From Octopus sinensis (taxonomy: Eukaryota): a stretch of DNA of 64,000 bases. The translations under genes were made by a program, and so were the position numbers. This document shows positions 41,561 to 54,563 of the stretch, one piece after another (the first letter of the stretch is position 1; the number at the start of each line of letters is the position of its first letter). The DNA lies in assembly GCF_006345805.1 (NCBI RefSeq), contig NC_043017.1:1612001-1676000 (forward strand), read 5' to 3'. The notes under the pieces were generated by a model. The model was not told the origin of the DNA, made no database searches, and saw only the letters and a program-made list of their open reading frames with translations.

Positions 41561-42212
41561 CATAGACTGGTTGAATGTCAGATTCATCAATCGACTGATC
41601 AAATCATCCATCGATGGATGGATATATGAATATATGTAGAGAGGGAAAGAGAGAGACACAGAGAGAGACACAGAGATAGATATGTAGGTAGACAGACGGA
41701 TAGAGAGAACGATGAATGGATGGATGGACGGATGGATGAATGGATGGATGGATCGGTACACAAGGACATATACATCTAAATTTATGTATACAAAAATACA
41801 TACATGCACACATACCGTTGATACATACATACCTATATGAATGCATATATGCATATACATATATAAACACACATTCAGCCATATACACATTCAAATGTAC
41901 ATACATACATACATACTTACATATATATATGCATACATGCATACATAAATACATACATACGTAGTATTACATTAGATTTTCAGTGTTAGAGGACTTCACA
42001 GTTTCATTTCAAGTAGTACATGGGTGAATGCTCCTAATTCCTGCTTTGAAAACATAGGTGTCATTTTAGGTGCGTAAATATGCTATGCAAATTGTTCCGC
42101 TCATCAGACATAGGTGAACGGAAGGGAAGATAAAAAGTCAGTGGAAATTGAGGAGGAAGTAATCTATATATACTAAAATATTAGAAAATAGATGCTGCGT
42201 TCCAATGTGTTC

Positions 42213-42244
<32 letters not shown>

Positions 42245-42586
42245 TATATATAGATATGTATGTGTGTGATGTGTGTGTGTGTATGTATATATATACATAT
42301 ATATATATGTAGTATACATGAAGAGATGGATACATTTAAGGTCTATAAAATCTATAAAATTATGTATATATAAAGATAGATCTGAGTGTGTGCAAGTGGA
42401 TGCGTGTATAATATCCGATGCCCGTGTGCTGTGTATATGCATGCACGTATGTATTTATGTATTTATGATTATATGTATGCATATATGTATGTATGGATGG
42501 ATGGATGTGTGTATCTATGTATGTATATCTGTTTAACTATATATATATATCTAAATAGATAGATATATACATGCTCACGTACGTAC

Positions 42587-42621
<35 letters not shown>

Positions 42622-42791
42622 CATAAGTGCATGTATGTGCATAACTATAATGATATAGATATCTTTACATATGTATCCTTCCCTATGTGCTGTCAATGTA
42701 TGTAACCTATGTCAATTATTTATGGATATATATAGGTAAATATATATATATATTTTTTCACTATATATGTATATGCGTGTGCGTGTCTACG

Positions 42792-42837
<46 letters not shown>

Positions 42838-42956
42838 CGTGTGTTTATAGACAGATAGATACACATACTTATGTATGCACTTATACATATTCATATACAT
42901 ATATACACACATATATATATACCTATATATACATATATATACTATATGTATGTATG

Positions 42957-43007
<51 letters not shown>

Positions 43008-44174
43008 CTGTGTGTGCAGAGAGAGAGAGGAAAGGAGAGAGGAAGGGAAATAGACAGGAAGAGAGAAAGAAATGTCGTGAGAGTGTGAGAAAGAGATAGG
43101 AATGTGCGTTCTTTAAGCATATATACTGCGCAAACACAGAAACACGCATACATACCAGCCAGACACCAATATCCACAATTTTACATACGCATACTCATTC
43201 AGAAATTGATCATGAGAACATAAAGCGAATTTTCAATTTCCACCCAGTCTCTCTCCACCTTCCTTTATCGATATTCTGAATCCGTCTAAACAGATCATTT
43301 ATATATTGCATTCACAAACTAAACAGCGCCATGAAAGGTTTGTGCGCTGGAAATTTGCTTAGTACATTATTATAGAGATGACAGTAAAACTGTTACCACA
43401 AGCAAGCGGCAGTTAAAACTCCCCGGCTATATTTTATATAATGATATAACTACATTAAGAGGACAAACCAATATGGCTGCTACGTAGAAGTAGATATTCT
43501 CACACATCATAAACGCCATATTTGTTTTAGCTGTTTTTCTACTGTGTCTTTTATTTTAGAAGGTATATTTGTTTATATATTTATATTTAGCTTTTGGTTT
43601 TCTCTTGTTTGTAATTTTCTTCGTTTTTTCCTGATATATTTTGGTTATTATTTGGCGGAGCTGATGGTGAGAGGTGCTGGAGTGATTGGAGTATTATTTC
43701 GTTGTTTAATATTTTTTTGCCATGTTTTTTTTTCATTTTCATATTTTATTTTAGGTTCTTTTTTGGATGCTGGTTTTTTTTTGTTATGTTATTGGTTTTT
43801 GTTTTATGTAACTTGTGTGTTCAAATATTTTCCGAAAAACTTACTCGAAAACACTGAGAGGCTGAAAGCAGTTCAAAGGATCTAGCTCGCTCATACAAAG
43901 ACCGTCAATTTTTATTCCGTGTGCAATATGAATGATTATGTATGCAAGGGCCTGTATGCGTGTGTGTGTTTATGTGAGTTTGTGTGTGTGAGAGAAAGCA
44001 TAACCGTGCATGTGTGTCTCTTTAGCATATGTGTGCATATTTGCAAATGCTTATGTGTGAACGAATAGATATGTAGACAAACAGATGTACAGGTAAGTAC
44101 ATATAAATATAAAGAGAAAGATAGCAGGGTAAATTTGTAGCTAGTATGTATATAATTGTGTAGATATGCATGTT

Positions 44175-44262
<88 letters not shown>

Positions 44263-44330
44263 TATATGTATATATAGATAAATTATATATATGAATGTAT
44301 GCATGTATATATGAGGGTGTGTAATTATCG

Positions 44331-44363
<33 letters not shown>

Positions 44364-44367
44364 TATA

Positions 44368-44410
<43 letters not shown>

Positions 44411-44474
44411 TATATATAAATAAATATATATATGAATGTATGCATGTATATATATGAGTGTGTGTAATTATATG

Positions 44475-44526
<52 letters not shown>

Positions 44527-44798
44527 TATATGCATATATAAATATAGATACATATGTATGTATACACACACATACACACATACGTTACATACGCACAAAT
44601 ATACACACACAAATATATGTATGTATGTACATATAGTCAGGCATGTAGATAAGTGTTCTCATAAATAGATTATTATATATTCAAAGTCATTGCTCTATGT
44701 TCACACATTTACAATTATCTGTATAAGCACATACGCCATTTTATACCCATACTGCCTCACGTACACACGCACACACAGAAGCACACTTATACGCATAT

Positions 44799-44867
<69 letters not shown>

Positions 44868-45405
44868 TACACAGAGACTTAGAGGGAAAGAGAGAGAAGG
44901 GGCGAGAGAGAGAGTGAGAGAGTGAATGAGTGAAAGAGAGAGAGAGAAACTTAGATGCTCACGCACATACATGCCTATATATGTATTTCTTCAGTATATG
45001 TCTACCTTCACCTATCATCGTGTATGTATGTATTTCTCTATATTATTTCCATTTCTTTTATTTAATATATTCGCACACTTCAACACATACCAAAACGTAT
45101 AACTACATACTAACCCATACACACACACACACATGTGTTAATGTCATTGACACCTCATTGATACCTCCGTTCTCTCCAAATGTTTATCTATCTATCTTTC
45201 TATCTCTATATAATCCGTCTAACCATATCTATTCGCAGAGAAATGCTCCTGTATCCATCTGAACGTACTTGCATACATGCATACACAAAATATACATACA
45301 TACGAATATATTACACACACACTTATACGTATGTATTATAATTATACAGACTTGTACATCTCTCTCTCTTTTTTTCTTTGTCTACCTTTCTCTCTCTTCC
45401 TCTCC

Positions 45406-45438
<33 letters not shown>

Positions 45439-45629
45439 CATATAATATATATGTATATATACAGAGAGAGAAAGAGAGAGAAACTCTCTATATGTGAAAG
45501 AGGAATGTATACACATACATGCACAGATCCATTTACTGTTATCTACATAGGAGATTGACTGTTATGTCACTCATATGCACAAACAATAACACCAACAACA
45601 AATATTGCTATAACCTTGGGTGGATATAT

Positions 45630-45676
<47 letters not shown>

Positions 45677-46485
45677 TGTCAAGTTTAATGTCTCCCCTGA
45701 GACATAAAATTTGCGGATATATCCCTGCATGAGATTTGATGCAATATATAAAAAAATGTCAATGAAATATGCATATGGTATGTATAAGCATAGATCAACT
45801 CCTCTCAAGGGAGGTTGTCGACGGTTTCTGATGGAGATCAAAACTAGTGTTTTTCACACAGATTTTTATATTTTTAGCCTGATCTTGGCGTATTCTAATT
45901 CAATGCGGTGTCTGATTCGATGGGGAGCCTTTAGGGAGACCTGGATAACAGGTCACCGTTTTGTTGAATGTACTGTACGTAAATGTTTGTAATTATGCTA
46001 ATGAGTGTATGCATGCATGCATGCATCCATCTATCCATTCCATCCTGTCCATCCATCCTTATATCCATCAAATCTCCCGAGGGCCGCAGGCTAGAGTACT
46101 CGTGACTCCCTTTTATTTGGTCCTATGAAATGCAGCTAGCATAACATGTTCCGCCTGGTTTCCCAAGCTTTACTGAGACTATGAATATTATTGAACAAAC
46201 TCATATAAGTATTGCGTATAAATTAGCTAAATGTTTTCTGCTCAAACACCGCTTAGGAGTAATTTGAAAGGGATGAGGATTTGGAGATAAGGTGCAGTTC
46301 CGATTTACGACTAAAGAATGTAAAAATTATTTTTAGTTACACATCGTTGGGATTCATATTAAAGAATTGAATTAGGAAACTAACCTGCATCCCGGCGTAG
46401 AGATTATGTCTATAAATCCGGAAGGTACCTAGGCTCTCGGTGATGTGGAAAACAAGAAAAGCGGTATATTCAGACTAATTCCTCT

Positions 46486-46703
46486 CAGGCGGCGAGCTGA
46501 CAGAACCGTTAGCACGACGGGCGAAATGCTTAGCGGTATTTCGTCTGTCTTTGCGTTCTGAGTTCAAAATCCCGCCGTGGTCGACTTTGCCTTTCATCCT
46601 TTCGGGGTCGATCAATTACGTACCAGTTGCATACTGTGGTCGATCTAATCGACTGGTCCCCTCCCACAAAATGTTGGACATTGTACCTAGAGAAGAAAAG
46701 AAC
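46486..46703 (+). mobile_element. SINE family A, full length, with 18-bp target-site duplication
   Basis: ATTCAGACTAATTCCTCT occurs at both 46468-46485 and 46704-46721, flanking caggcggcgagctgacagaaccgttagcac...cctagagaagaaaagaac. Confidence 0.93.
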
Positions 46704-46944
46704 ATTCAGACTAATTCCTCTTATCAATTGGAAAAAGTGACGGAACATTTTCAAACTAGGATTGGATAAAATGGCACTTTGGAGGCACGCTGGAAATTCC
46801 TGCGAATAACCGAGAAGAGGTTGGATTATAAAATTATTTCCCGCTATCTGACATTTAATGATTAGCCGACTAAATTTCCGAAATATACCATTTTACACTT
46901 GGACAAACAACATCCATTCATATAAAGAATAATTTTGATACGTT

Positions 46945-47161
46945 ATTTACATCATTTACATTTGACGGATATTTGTCCTCATCTTGTTTGTTGCTAGCAC
47001 AACATTCCGGTTGATATACCCTCCAGCCTTCATCATGAGTCTCGGGAAAATTTCCAGCCTGGGTTCTCACTCCTAAGTTATTTTTCGATGTTTTTCTTGG
47101 TGTTGTTGTTGTTCTTATTATTATTATTCAGGTCAGTGCCTGGAATCGAACTCGGAATCTT
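46945..47161 (-). mobile_element. tRNA-headed small repeat containing a degenerate hammerhead-like core
   Basis: The minus strand has a B box GAGTTCGATTCC, then (AAT)n, then ATGATGA-A-GGCTG-gagggtatat-CAACC-GGAA-TGTT. Confidence 0.6.
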
Positions 47162-48739
47162 AAAAAACATCAGTTTGCCCAAGTTTCATGATGTTTCTTA
47201 TTTAGATGTTTTTATTATATTCATTCAATTGATAAACGTAAATAAATCTAGGAATTAAATGGCTTTCATTTGCTGCGAGGTGACCTTTGGCCACCCATGT
47301 ATGTATGCGTATATGTATGTATGTATGTATGTATATATGTATGTATATATGTATGTATGCATGTATGTATGTATGTATGCATGTATGTACGTATGTATGT
47401 ATGCATTTATATATATATATACTTACATATTCAGGCATGGATGTGCTGCGAAGTTTGAAGGGGAGAAACAAGAGACACAATTGAACACACCGGCAGACCG
47501 AGAGACCGACAGACGGACACACCGACTGGCAGACTCACAGACAAACAGATGTGAATACGAGTTAATGCACAGAAGGAAGCCATGTTGGTGCGATACATCG
47601 AATAAATGTATTCTTTATTACTTAGTATTGATGTTACGTAAATATGATAACGATTATGGAGCCATGCATATGTGTGTGAAAGTGAATGCCTGTGAGTATA
47701 TGTGCCCATGTGTGTGCGTGCGTGCGTGTGCTTAGGGATGGAATATCGCATATAATGGTGAGCCAGTGGGGAGGAGAGGTGACGTTAGTGTACTTCCGGT
47801 TCTTACTAAGGACCGATTAAGGAAGCTTCATAACTTGTCACGCACTTGCATTGGTGCAGTTAAGCGCATTACAAAGATATTTGCAAGTCCGCTAATGCGC
47901 CAGTAATAGCAGTGCACCAGTAATGTAGAAAATCGTGACTGTTTGCGTAAAAATATGCGCTGCAGTGAGGATTTGTTTGCAGTTAAGCAATGGTTGTCAT
48001 ATAAGAATTATTTATGTTTAAATTGCTGCCGTTGTAATTGTTGTTGCTGTTGCTGCTTTTGTGCTTGTTATACTCTTATTGTCTTACTGATTTCAGCCAG
48101 AGGCTGAGGCCATGCTGAAGCATTGCTTTTTTTTTCTTTTACTGTAACTGCTGATGTTGTTGTTTTTGTTGTTATTGTTTTTGTTGTTGCTGTTGTTCTC
48201 CTTCTTCTCCTACCCTCCTCTTTCTCCTCCTTCATTTTCTTACCTCCTCCTTCTCCTCCTACACCCTCATGTTTTTCATGATGATGGTGATGATGACGAT
48301 GATGATAATAACGATGATGATGGAGTAGAGGAGATTGATCATAATGATGACGACTATGAAGCTGATGATGGAGTTGACGATGCTGCTGCTGCTGATGGAG
48401 ATGATGATGATGATAATCATAGGGTTGGTGATAGTGATGATGATTATGATCATGATGTTACTATTAACGACTATAAAGATAGCGATAAAATTGAGGACGA
48501 TTATGACGATGATAGTAATGCTGATGATGATAACGACGACGTTGATAATGTCTGTGGTGGTAGTGGTGGTGGTAGTGTTGGTGGTTGTAGTGTCGGTGGT
48601 GGCAATGGTGGTTGTGGTAATGGTGGAGATAATGGCTTTGCTCAACGCTGTGTTTGATAAGATGTGCAAAGCACACAATATCTTTGTACATATTGACACA
48701 CTCACAGGCACGAACATGTTCAAATGCGCATTCGCTCTA

Positions 48740-48895
48740 TGGTGAAGTAGTTGGCTTCCTAACCACACGGTTCCGAGTTCAGTCCTGCTCAGCAGGGACT
48801 TGGGCAACTGTCTTCCACCAAACCCACTGGACGACCAAATCCCGATGAGTGGTTTCGGTCGGCAGAAACTGCGTGGAAAAAAAACTGTTGCGTGT
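48740..48895 (+). mobile_element. SINE family B 5' portion, degenerate
   Basis: ttggcttcctaaccacacggttccgagttcagtcc...ttgggcaactgtcttc...gaccaaatcc..tgagtgg...gaaactg is the reverse complement of the family-B segment. Confidence 0.75.
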
Positions 48896-49667
48896 ATGTG
48901 TGAGTGCGTGTGTGTATGTTTGTTTGTTTTTGCGTATGTGTGTTTGTGTATGTGTGTGTTCTCTGTATGTGCTTGTATTTGTGTCTCCTTGTCACCCCTC
49001 AATGAATGGTGTTGGTTTGTTAATGTGCTAGTAACTTAGCAGTTCGAGAAGGGGATAGATTTAAAATGAATCATTTGTTCCTTTTACTGTTGTTGCTCTT
49101 GTTGTTGTTATATCTTCTTCTTCTTCTTTTTTTTCTTTCCTCCGCCTCCTCCTGCAATGTTGCAAAGCGCATTGTGGCCAGCGTTGTATAACAACATCCT
49201 ATTGTCTGGTCGATCACGTGATCACGTGATCACGGGATATATTCATTGACGTGGAATCTTCTTTGTAAATATTGGAGCATGTCAGAGGCTAACAAGAAAT
49301 GCCCCTCAATTTTTGTGTCTTTCCATCAGTTTTCACTTCATCCATTTATCGCTTTTATAGTACACTTCTTTTTATTAAATATTCGTTTGCTGACGAACAC
49401 TCTAAATCATACATATCAGAGAATCTCAGTCGGTTCATATAGCTACCCCTAAATGTGGGATTTTTCTTTTGATGTTTGGCTTATATATTCATGTTCGATA
49501 TCACTATATATTCACAGATATACTCTCTTCCTACTGAACATCAGAACATTTCAAAGTGTTCATGCCTATGTTTTTATTTGTGAATCTTTTCTCTTGTTCT
49601 ATAACTCAATTTATGCTGTAGCGGGGATTCGAACTCAAATCACTATATCCTCGTATAGATATCACAC

Positions 49668-49900
49668 GTGAGCCAGCACGAATTCACGTTATTCATCCGG
49701 AGATCAACCATGCAGCCTGAAGTTGTGGCGTGGTTTGGCATTCTCGAATATTCTAATATTTGGCCCTTTGTCCCTGCTAAAACTTTAGTGCTTATCTCAG
49801 AATCCAAAAGTCCGACGGATCGCTTATGCCATAGACAACCTCGCACTTTCGCGTAGACAACTCCTGTCACTCGGTTACACCATATGATATCCCACAGATA
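49668..49900 (+). mobile_element. Possible Tc1/mariner-superfamily catalytic-domain relic
   Basis: STMQPEVVAWFGILEYSNIWPFV resembles PLHxxKVxVWCGIxxxxIIGPFF. There is little further support. Confidence 0.3.
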
Positions 49901-50863
49901 GCGTCCTACATTCACCGAGAACTCTCCTCTCCTCTTAATCAGCAATTATTGATATCATTCAGCACCAAATATATTATGTTCGGCAATAAATATTACCGTT
50001 AATCGTTCGTGAATTTGCTTCAGATTTTATCCACGCAGCCAGCGCTACATTTCACATATACAATGCAACAATGTTGAGGTAATATTCATACAAAAATGAT
50101 AAATAAGTATCCCACTTTCACGCAGGCGACTGAGACGGTTGAAGTACATCACCACTGACGGAACTGAAGCAACAAACAAAACACTCATCAATGTGTTGAA
50201 TATATACATTTGATTTTAGTGCATACCACAGACGTCCACAGGTCGTCCTGAAAATCCGGAGCAATTCGGTATATCTGGATCCCGATAAATTTGTGACTCT
50301 TTTTTCTCCAATGTCTTTAGTTACCATTTGTCATCGTTTTTAATTTTCACTGACGAACACTTTTAGTCCTGAATATCCTACAGTTTCAGAGGCTACATAT
50401 AGATATCACTTACATTTAGAGTTTTCCCTATAGTTTTTTTTTTTTTTTGCTTACTTCGACATTATTGTAGCTATATTTCGTGTATTCACAAACTTCAATG
50501 TTAGTTATGGATATCACAGAGTTTCAAAGGGTTCATACAGATTCTTCATACTTTGTGAGTCGTTTCTCTTGCTTTTCAGCACCTTTATCTTTTGCAATAT
50601 ATTTACTGACGTACGTTGATATCCTGAAAGTGAAAACATTTCAAAGGCTGCATAGAGATATCACTTAATTTGTGAGACATTTCATTCGATTTTTGTTCAC
50701 ACTTATTTTATCGATTCTATAGTTATGTATTTATACATCACTAAACGCATGTATGCACAGCGGAGTTGAAAGGAGAGAATACAAAGACGTAAAGCACACC
50801 AGCAAACAGAGGAACAGTTAAACCAAGAGACAAACAGACAGACGCATTTTAGAATATACTCAC

Positions 50864-51118
50864 TGTCGTAAACTCTTGGCAATGTATGTCAGAGCTACTC
50901 AGAGGGACCACGTGGATCAATCTTAATTTGTGAGTATTGTCCTTGTTCTTCAGTTGTTTTCTCATTTCTTTCATGCAGCCGTTGGTTAGTTTGTGAGAGG
51001 GAACTGTATGAAGCTTCATCGTATAAATGTGAGTTCTGTATTCCGTTTTCCTTATTTACTGCTGCATCGCGTAAACTACACGGGTGATTCATTAGTTGGC
51101 TTATTCCCATAAATCATT
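50864..51118 (-). other. Possible exon or pseudo-exon encoding a tyrosine-motif-rich, low-structure peptide
   Basis: ORF ...NSHLYDEASYSSLSQTNQRLHERNEKTTEEQGQYSQIKID..., bracketed by ttattccaAG and GTGAGT 255 nt apart. There are stops near both ends of the frame and no homolog is recognised. Confidence 0.25.
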
Positions 51119-51261
51119 CTTGGAATAAAGTCAGTCGAATTTATTGACCCTTTAATTAAACTTCTCTCCAACAACTTGTAGATAAAGTAGGTATTTTCGC
51201 CATTATGCAAAGGGCTAGGACAACGAAACGGAATTTTGATGAAGAGGTTTTCGCAAGCAAA

Positions 51262-51380
51262 AAGAAGAAGAAGCAGAAGAAGAAGAAGAAGAAGAAGAAG
51301 AAGAAGAAGAAGAAGAAGAAGAAGAAGAAGAAGAAGAAGAAGAAGAAGAAGAAGAAGAAGAAGAAGAAGAAGAAGAAGAA
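51262..51380. repeat. Nearly pure (AAG)n tract, about 39 units
   Basis: Directly visible. Confidence 0.98.
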
Positions 51381-52193
51381 ACTTCAAATAAACTTTCTTC
51401 AGATACCAAAACATAATCAGTCTCTTCATCTTGTCAAAATAACGGTGAAGTGCTTACGAGCTAAATTCAGGCTTATTTAGATAAATTCCTAAGCTTGGCC
51501 AAGTAAGTCTTTTTACTTTCTTCTTTCTCTCTCGGTAATTATGCTGTCAAATTCCTCGGAAAGTTAGCAAACGAAGAATATCAAACATGATATACGAGAG
51601 CAATGCTCGAATATCTATGAAGTTTTAATGTGCAAATATTGTCCAAGAATGTCTAAATTTTAATGATGGATGTTTTAAGCTCCTCGTTCGGGTGTCTCAG
51701 ATGTTTGCATATTCATTAAGTGGATTAAACGGAGTTTTCCCGGTTGATAATCCCATGGAACGACGGTCGCAGAAGGAATCGAGAGTAACGACAGTTCGTA
51801 CCCTGTCGCTAACAGTAAATAACGATCTGAAATTCTTCACAAAATGTAACATTCGGTGAATTCTGGCCCATCCAAGTACTTTTTAGTTAGTAAATATATT
51901 AAACGTATTCGTGTAGATCATTGCAGTCGGGCGCGAGGGCTCCCTCGGAGATATGCGGAACCGAACCCGAAAGCACTGGATTATACAGCTGCTTCCCAAG
52001 TATAAGTGGCATTATGACTCACAATCACACTAAAGGCCCACTCTCAGTTGTAACAATCGAGACCTGAAGCTGGGCTTTTCAATCATATATGTTTTATGAA
52101 CTCGGTTGTTTCTGGAGGGGAGGTCACAGTCGTTGTCCAGTATAATGTAATTGAAAAGGATAATCATGCCGGTATATGCGAAAGCAATTTTAA

Positions 52194-52717
52194 CCCCTTG
52201 ACAACGGTTGACGCAAATATGTGATCACACTTTTGCTTACCTACCCGCGGTTAACGTAAATATACGATGTAGAGCTGTCCTACATCTATCCCGGACTTTT
52301 TAGCGGCTAACGTATGTTTACGTTCGCTATCTTGTACTTTATCTCTTGAGGTGCGCGGACTCGCCGTCCCGTGCATTATCTTAGCTATTTTGGGTTACGT
52401 TCAAGTATTGAGACTAGCAGTTGACCAATGGCATGCGGATACTTTACATGCATAATACCGTGTTTTGAGTCGTACCACACACAAGCTATTTTCTGAACTT
52501 GAGCAGAATAATTCGTGCATATCATATTATGATAAATAGATTCACATAGTTCGTTTTCATAAACCGGGAGACGTAAATGTACGACGCTATGTTATTGTAA
52601 CGGTGAACGGAAATAGATGCGAGCTCGTTGGCACTTGTGTGTTTGTGTGGCCTCAGTAGATAAAAAAATCCCGGAGTAGAGTCTCGCATGCTTCGGGTAA
52701 TACCGGCGTCAAAGGGG
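52194..52717. mobile_element. piggyBac-type non-autonomous element (MITE), 524 bp
   Basis: TTAA at 52190-52193 and 52718-52721. Termini CCCCTTGACAACGG and CCGGCGTCAAAGGGG form an imperfect TIR. No ORF. Confidence 0.85.
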
Positions 52718-53290
52718 TTAAATAAAGTTGTGCCAAACCAGTTTTGTTTTCGACACACTGATAAAAATGAAGATACAAAAGTTGGCTAGCCATGTATGGG
52801 ATTTGAAGTGGAGAATCCTTGAGAAATCTACGCCATACAAGTGGATAAAAGAGCTGCTAGTTATTCGCAGCTAAAAGATTACATATTGTTTTTTAGATCC
52901 TAGAATTGTATCACACCACTTAATATCAGATCCGGAATTTTTAGCAAATGCCAACAGGTGCAGAGATTTCTTTCGTCAAATTGGAAGACGTGGTTTTCAG
53001 CGGATTGAAAAACATATTCATTGATTCTGGCCTCCTCTCCGTTATATTATTTTACACCAGCTAGAGTAATTTTAATTTCAGCAGGCAGGAAGTGATAAAG
53101 ATCCCGGGTTTATACTTTTCTTTTCTCTTCTCGTTTCACTTTTAACACCAGCATTCACGTTCGTTTTGTTCTCTTTCCTCATGTTTTCTCAGTGTCAAAT
53201 ATATTCAATGATATTTACATCTCACTCGACGGAGTGCATTTTCTAGATCCTACCTATGACGGAAACGTAAACTAAATGTGTGTGTGTGTG

Positions 53291-53440
53291 TACGACGGGC
53301 TTCCCTCAGTATATATTTTACAGATATATATATATGGGTATGTATGTATGTATGGATACATCGACACTTGCCCAAGATTCCACGCAGTGGAACCGAACCC
53401 GAACCATGTGGTTGAGCAGCAAGCTTCTTTCCACACAGCC
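53291..53440 (-). mobile_element. SINE family B 5' fragment
   Basis: tacgacgggcttc...gacacttgcccaag...acgcagtgg...gaaccatgtggtt...agcaagctt...cacacagcc. Confidence 0.8.
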
Positions 53441-53603
53441 AAACACACACACAGACAGATAGATAGATAATAGATAGATAGATAGACAAATATAGATAGG
53501 TAGATAGATATGCACTTACAAATATATAATTATGTAAGTATTGATATGCGTGTAAGCAGTGTGATTGAACAGACACATGCAAATATATTTTAATAATTTC
53601 TTT

Positions 53604-54135
53604 GGGTTTCGCCTGTCTTTAATTTCTGAGTTCAAATTCCGTGCAGGTTGACTTTCGCTTTCATAGTTTCGGGGTCGATAATATAAATACGAGACGAGTA
53701 TTGGGATCAAATTAATCGACGTAACCCCGCCACTGACATCGCTGGCCTTGTGCCAAACTTTGAAACCCATAATCTATGCGTGTTTTGTCCTTCTTTACGT
53801 TCAAATTTCAAATTCTAACTGGGTCCACTTTTGGATTCATTCTTTCGGGGTGAATAAATTAAGTACCACTTCTGCGGTATGGTCGATGAAATTCATTTTC
53901 CCCTTCCGGCGTTGTGCCACAATTTTCAGTCAATTATTTATCCGTGTTTAGGGTGGCGAGCCGGTAGAATTGTTTGCACACCGGAAAACATGTTTAGTGA
54001 CATTCCGTCCATCGTGATTTCAGTTTCTGCCGAGATGCCAGACAATAATTGGGGATTCAATAAAGTAATTATCAACTGATCAGTGGGTTCGATCAAATCG
54101 ACTTTCTCACTCCTCCACATTTATTGACCTTGTAA
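53604..54135 (+). mobile_element. Cluster of three degenerate family A SINEs
   Basis: Recurrent gagttcaaattcc, ttcatcctttcggggtcgataa and aatcgac segments at about 53604-53768, 53790-53900 and 53951-54135. Confidence 0.7.
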
Positions 54136-54410
54136 AAGCAATAATTTATGCTCGTTTAAATAAACATACATAAGGGAAAAAAAAAAAGCTACTGGAGAAC
54201 GTGAGAAATTCGAGCCTATCTGTACCATTTCTAAAAGTAAGCATTATCAAGTTTGCGGCAGAAAAAAAAAAAGAAGCTCAGATTTACAATTTATGATAAA
54301 CTTTTCAGCAAAAAACGCACGATTCTCCCGAGTCCAAAACATAATTTTAACTAAGAAACATCTGCTCACCATTACAGACATGAAGACACTGATAGAAACT
54401 GTCTAACTTT

Positions 54411-54563
54411 CCGCCGAGGTCGACTTTGCCTTTCATCCTTTCGGGGTCGATTAAATAAGTACCAGTTACGCACTGAGGTTGATGTAATCGACTTAATCCG
54501 TTTGTCTGTCATTGTTTGTCACCTCTATGTTTAGCCCCTTGTGTGTAATAAAGAAACAAATGT
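54411..54563 (+). mobile_element. 5'-truncated family A SINE variant with 15-bp target-site duplication
   Basis: AAACTGTCTAACTTT occurs at 54396-54410 and 54564-54578. The body ccgccgaggtcgactttgcctttcatcctttcggggtcga matches 46573-46612. Confidence 0.9.

Noticed and set aside
45680-45990. Possible Tc1 relic (WGAF-like) in ORF 45711-45992
   Set aside because: A single short motif with no other catalytic or terminal features.
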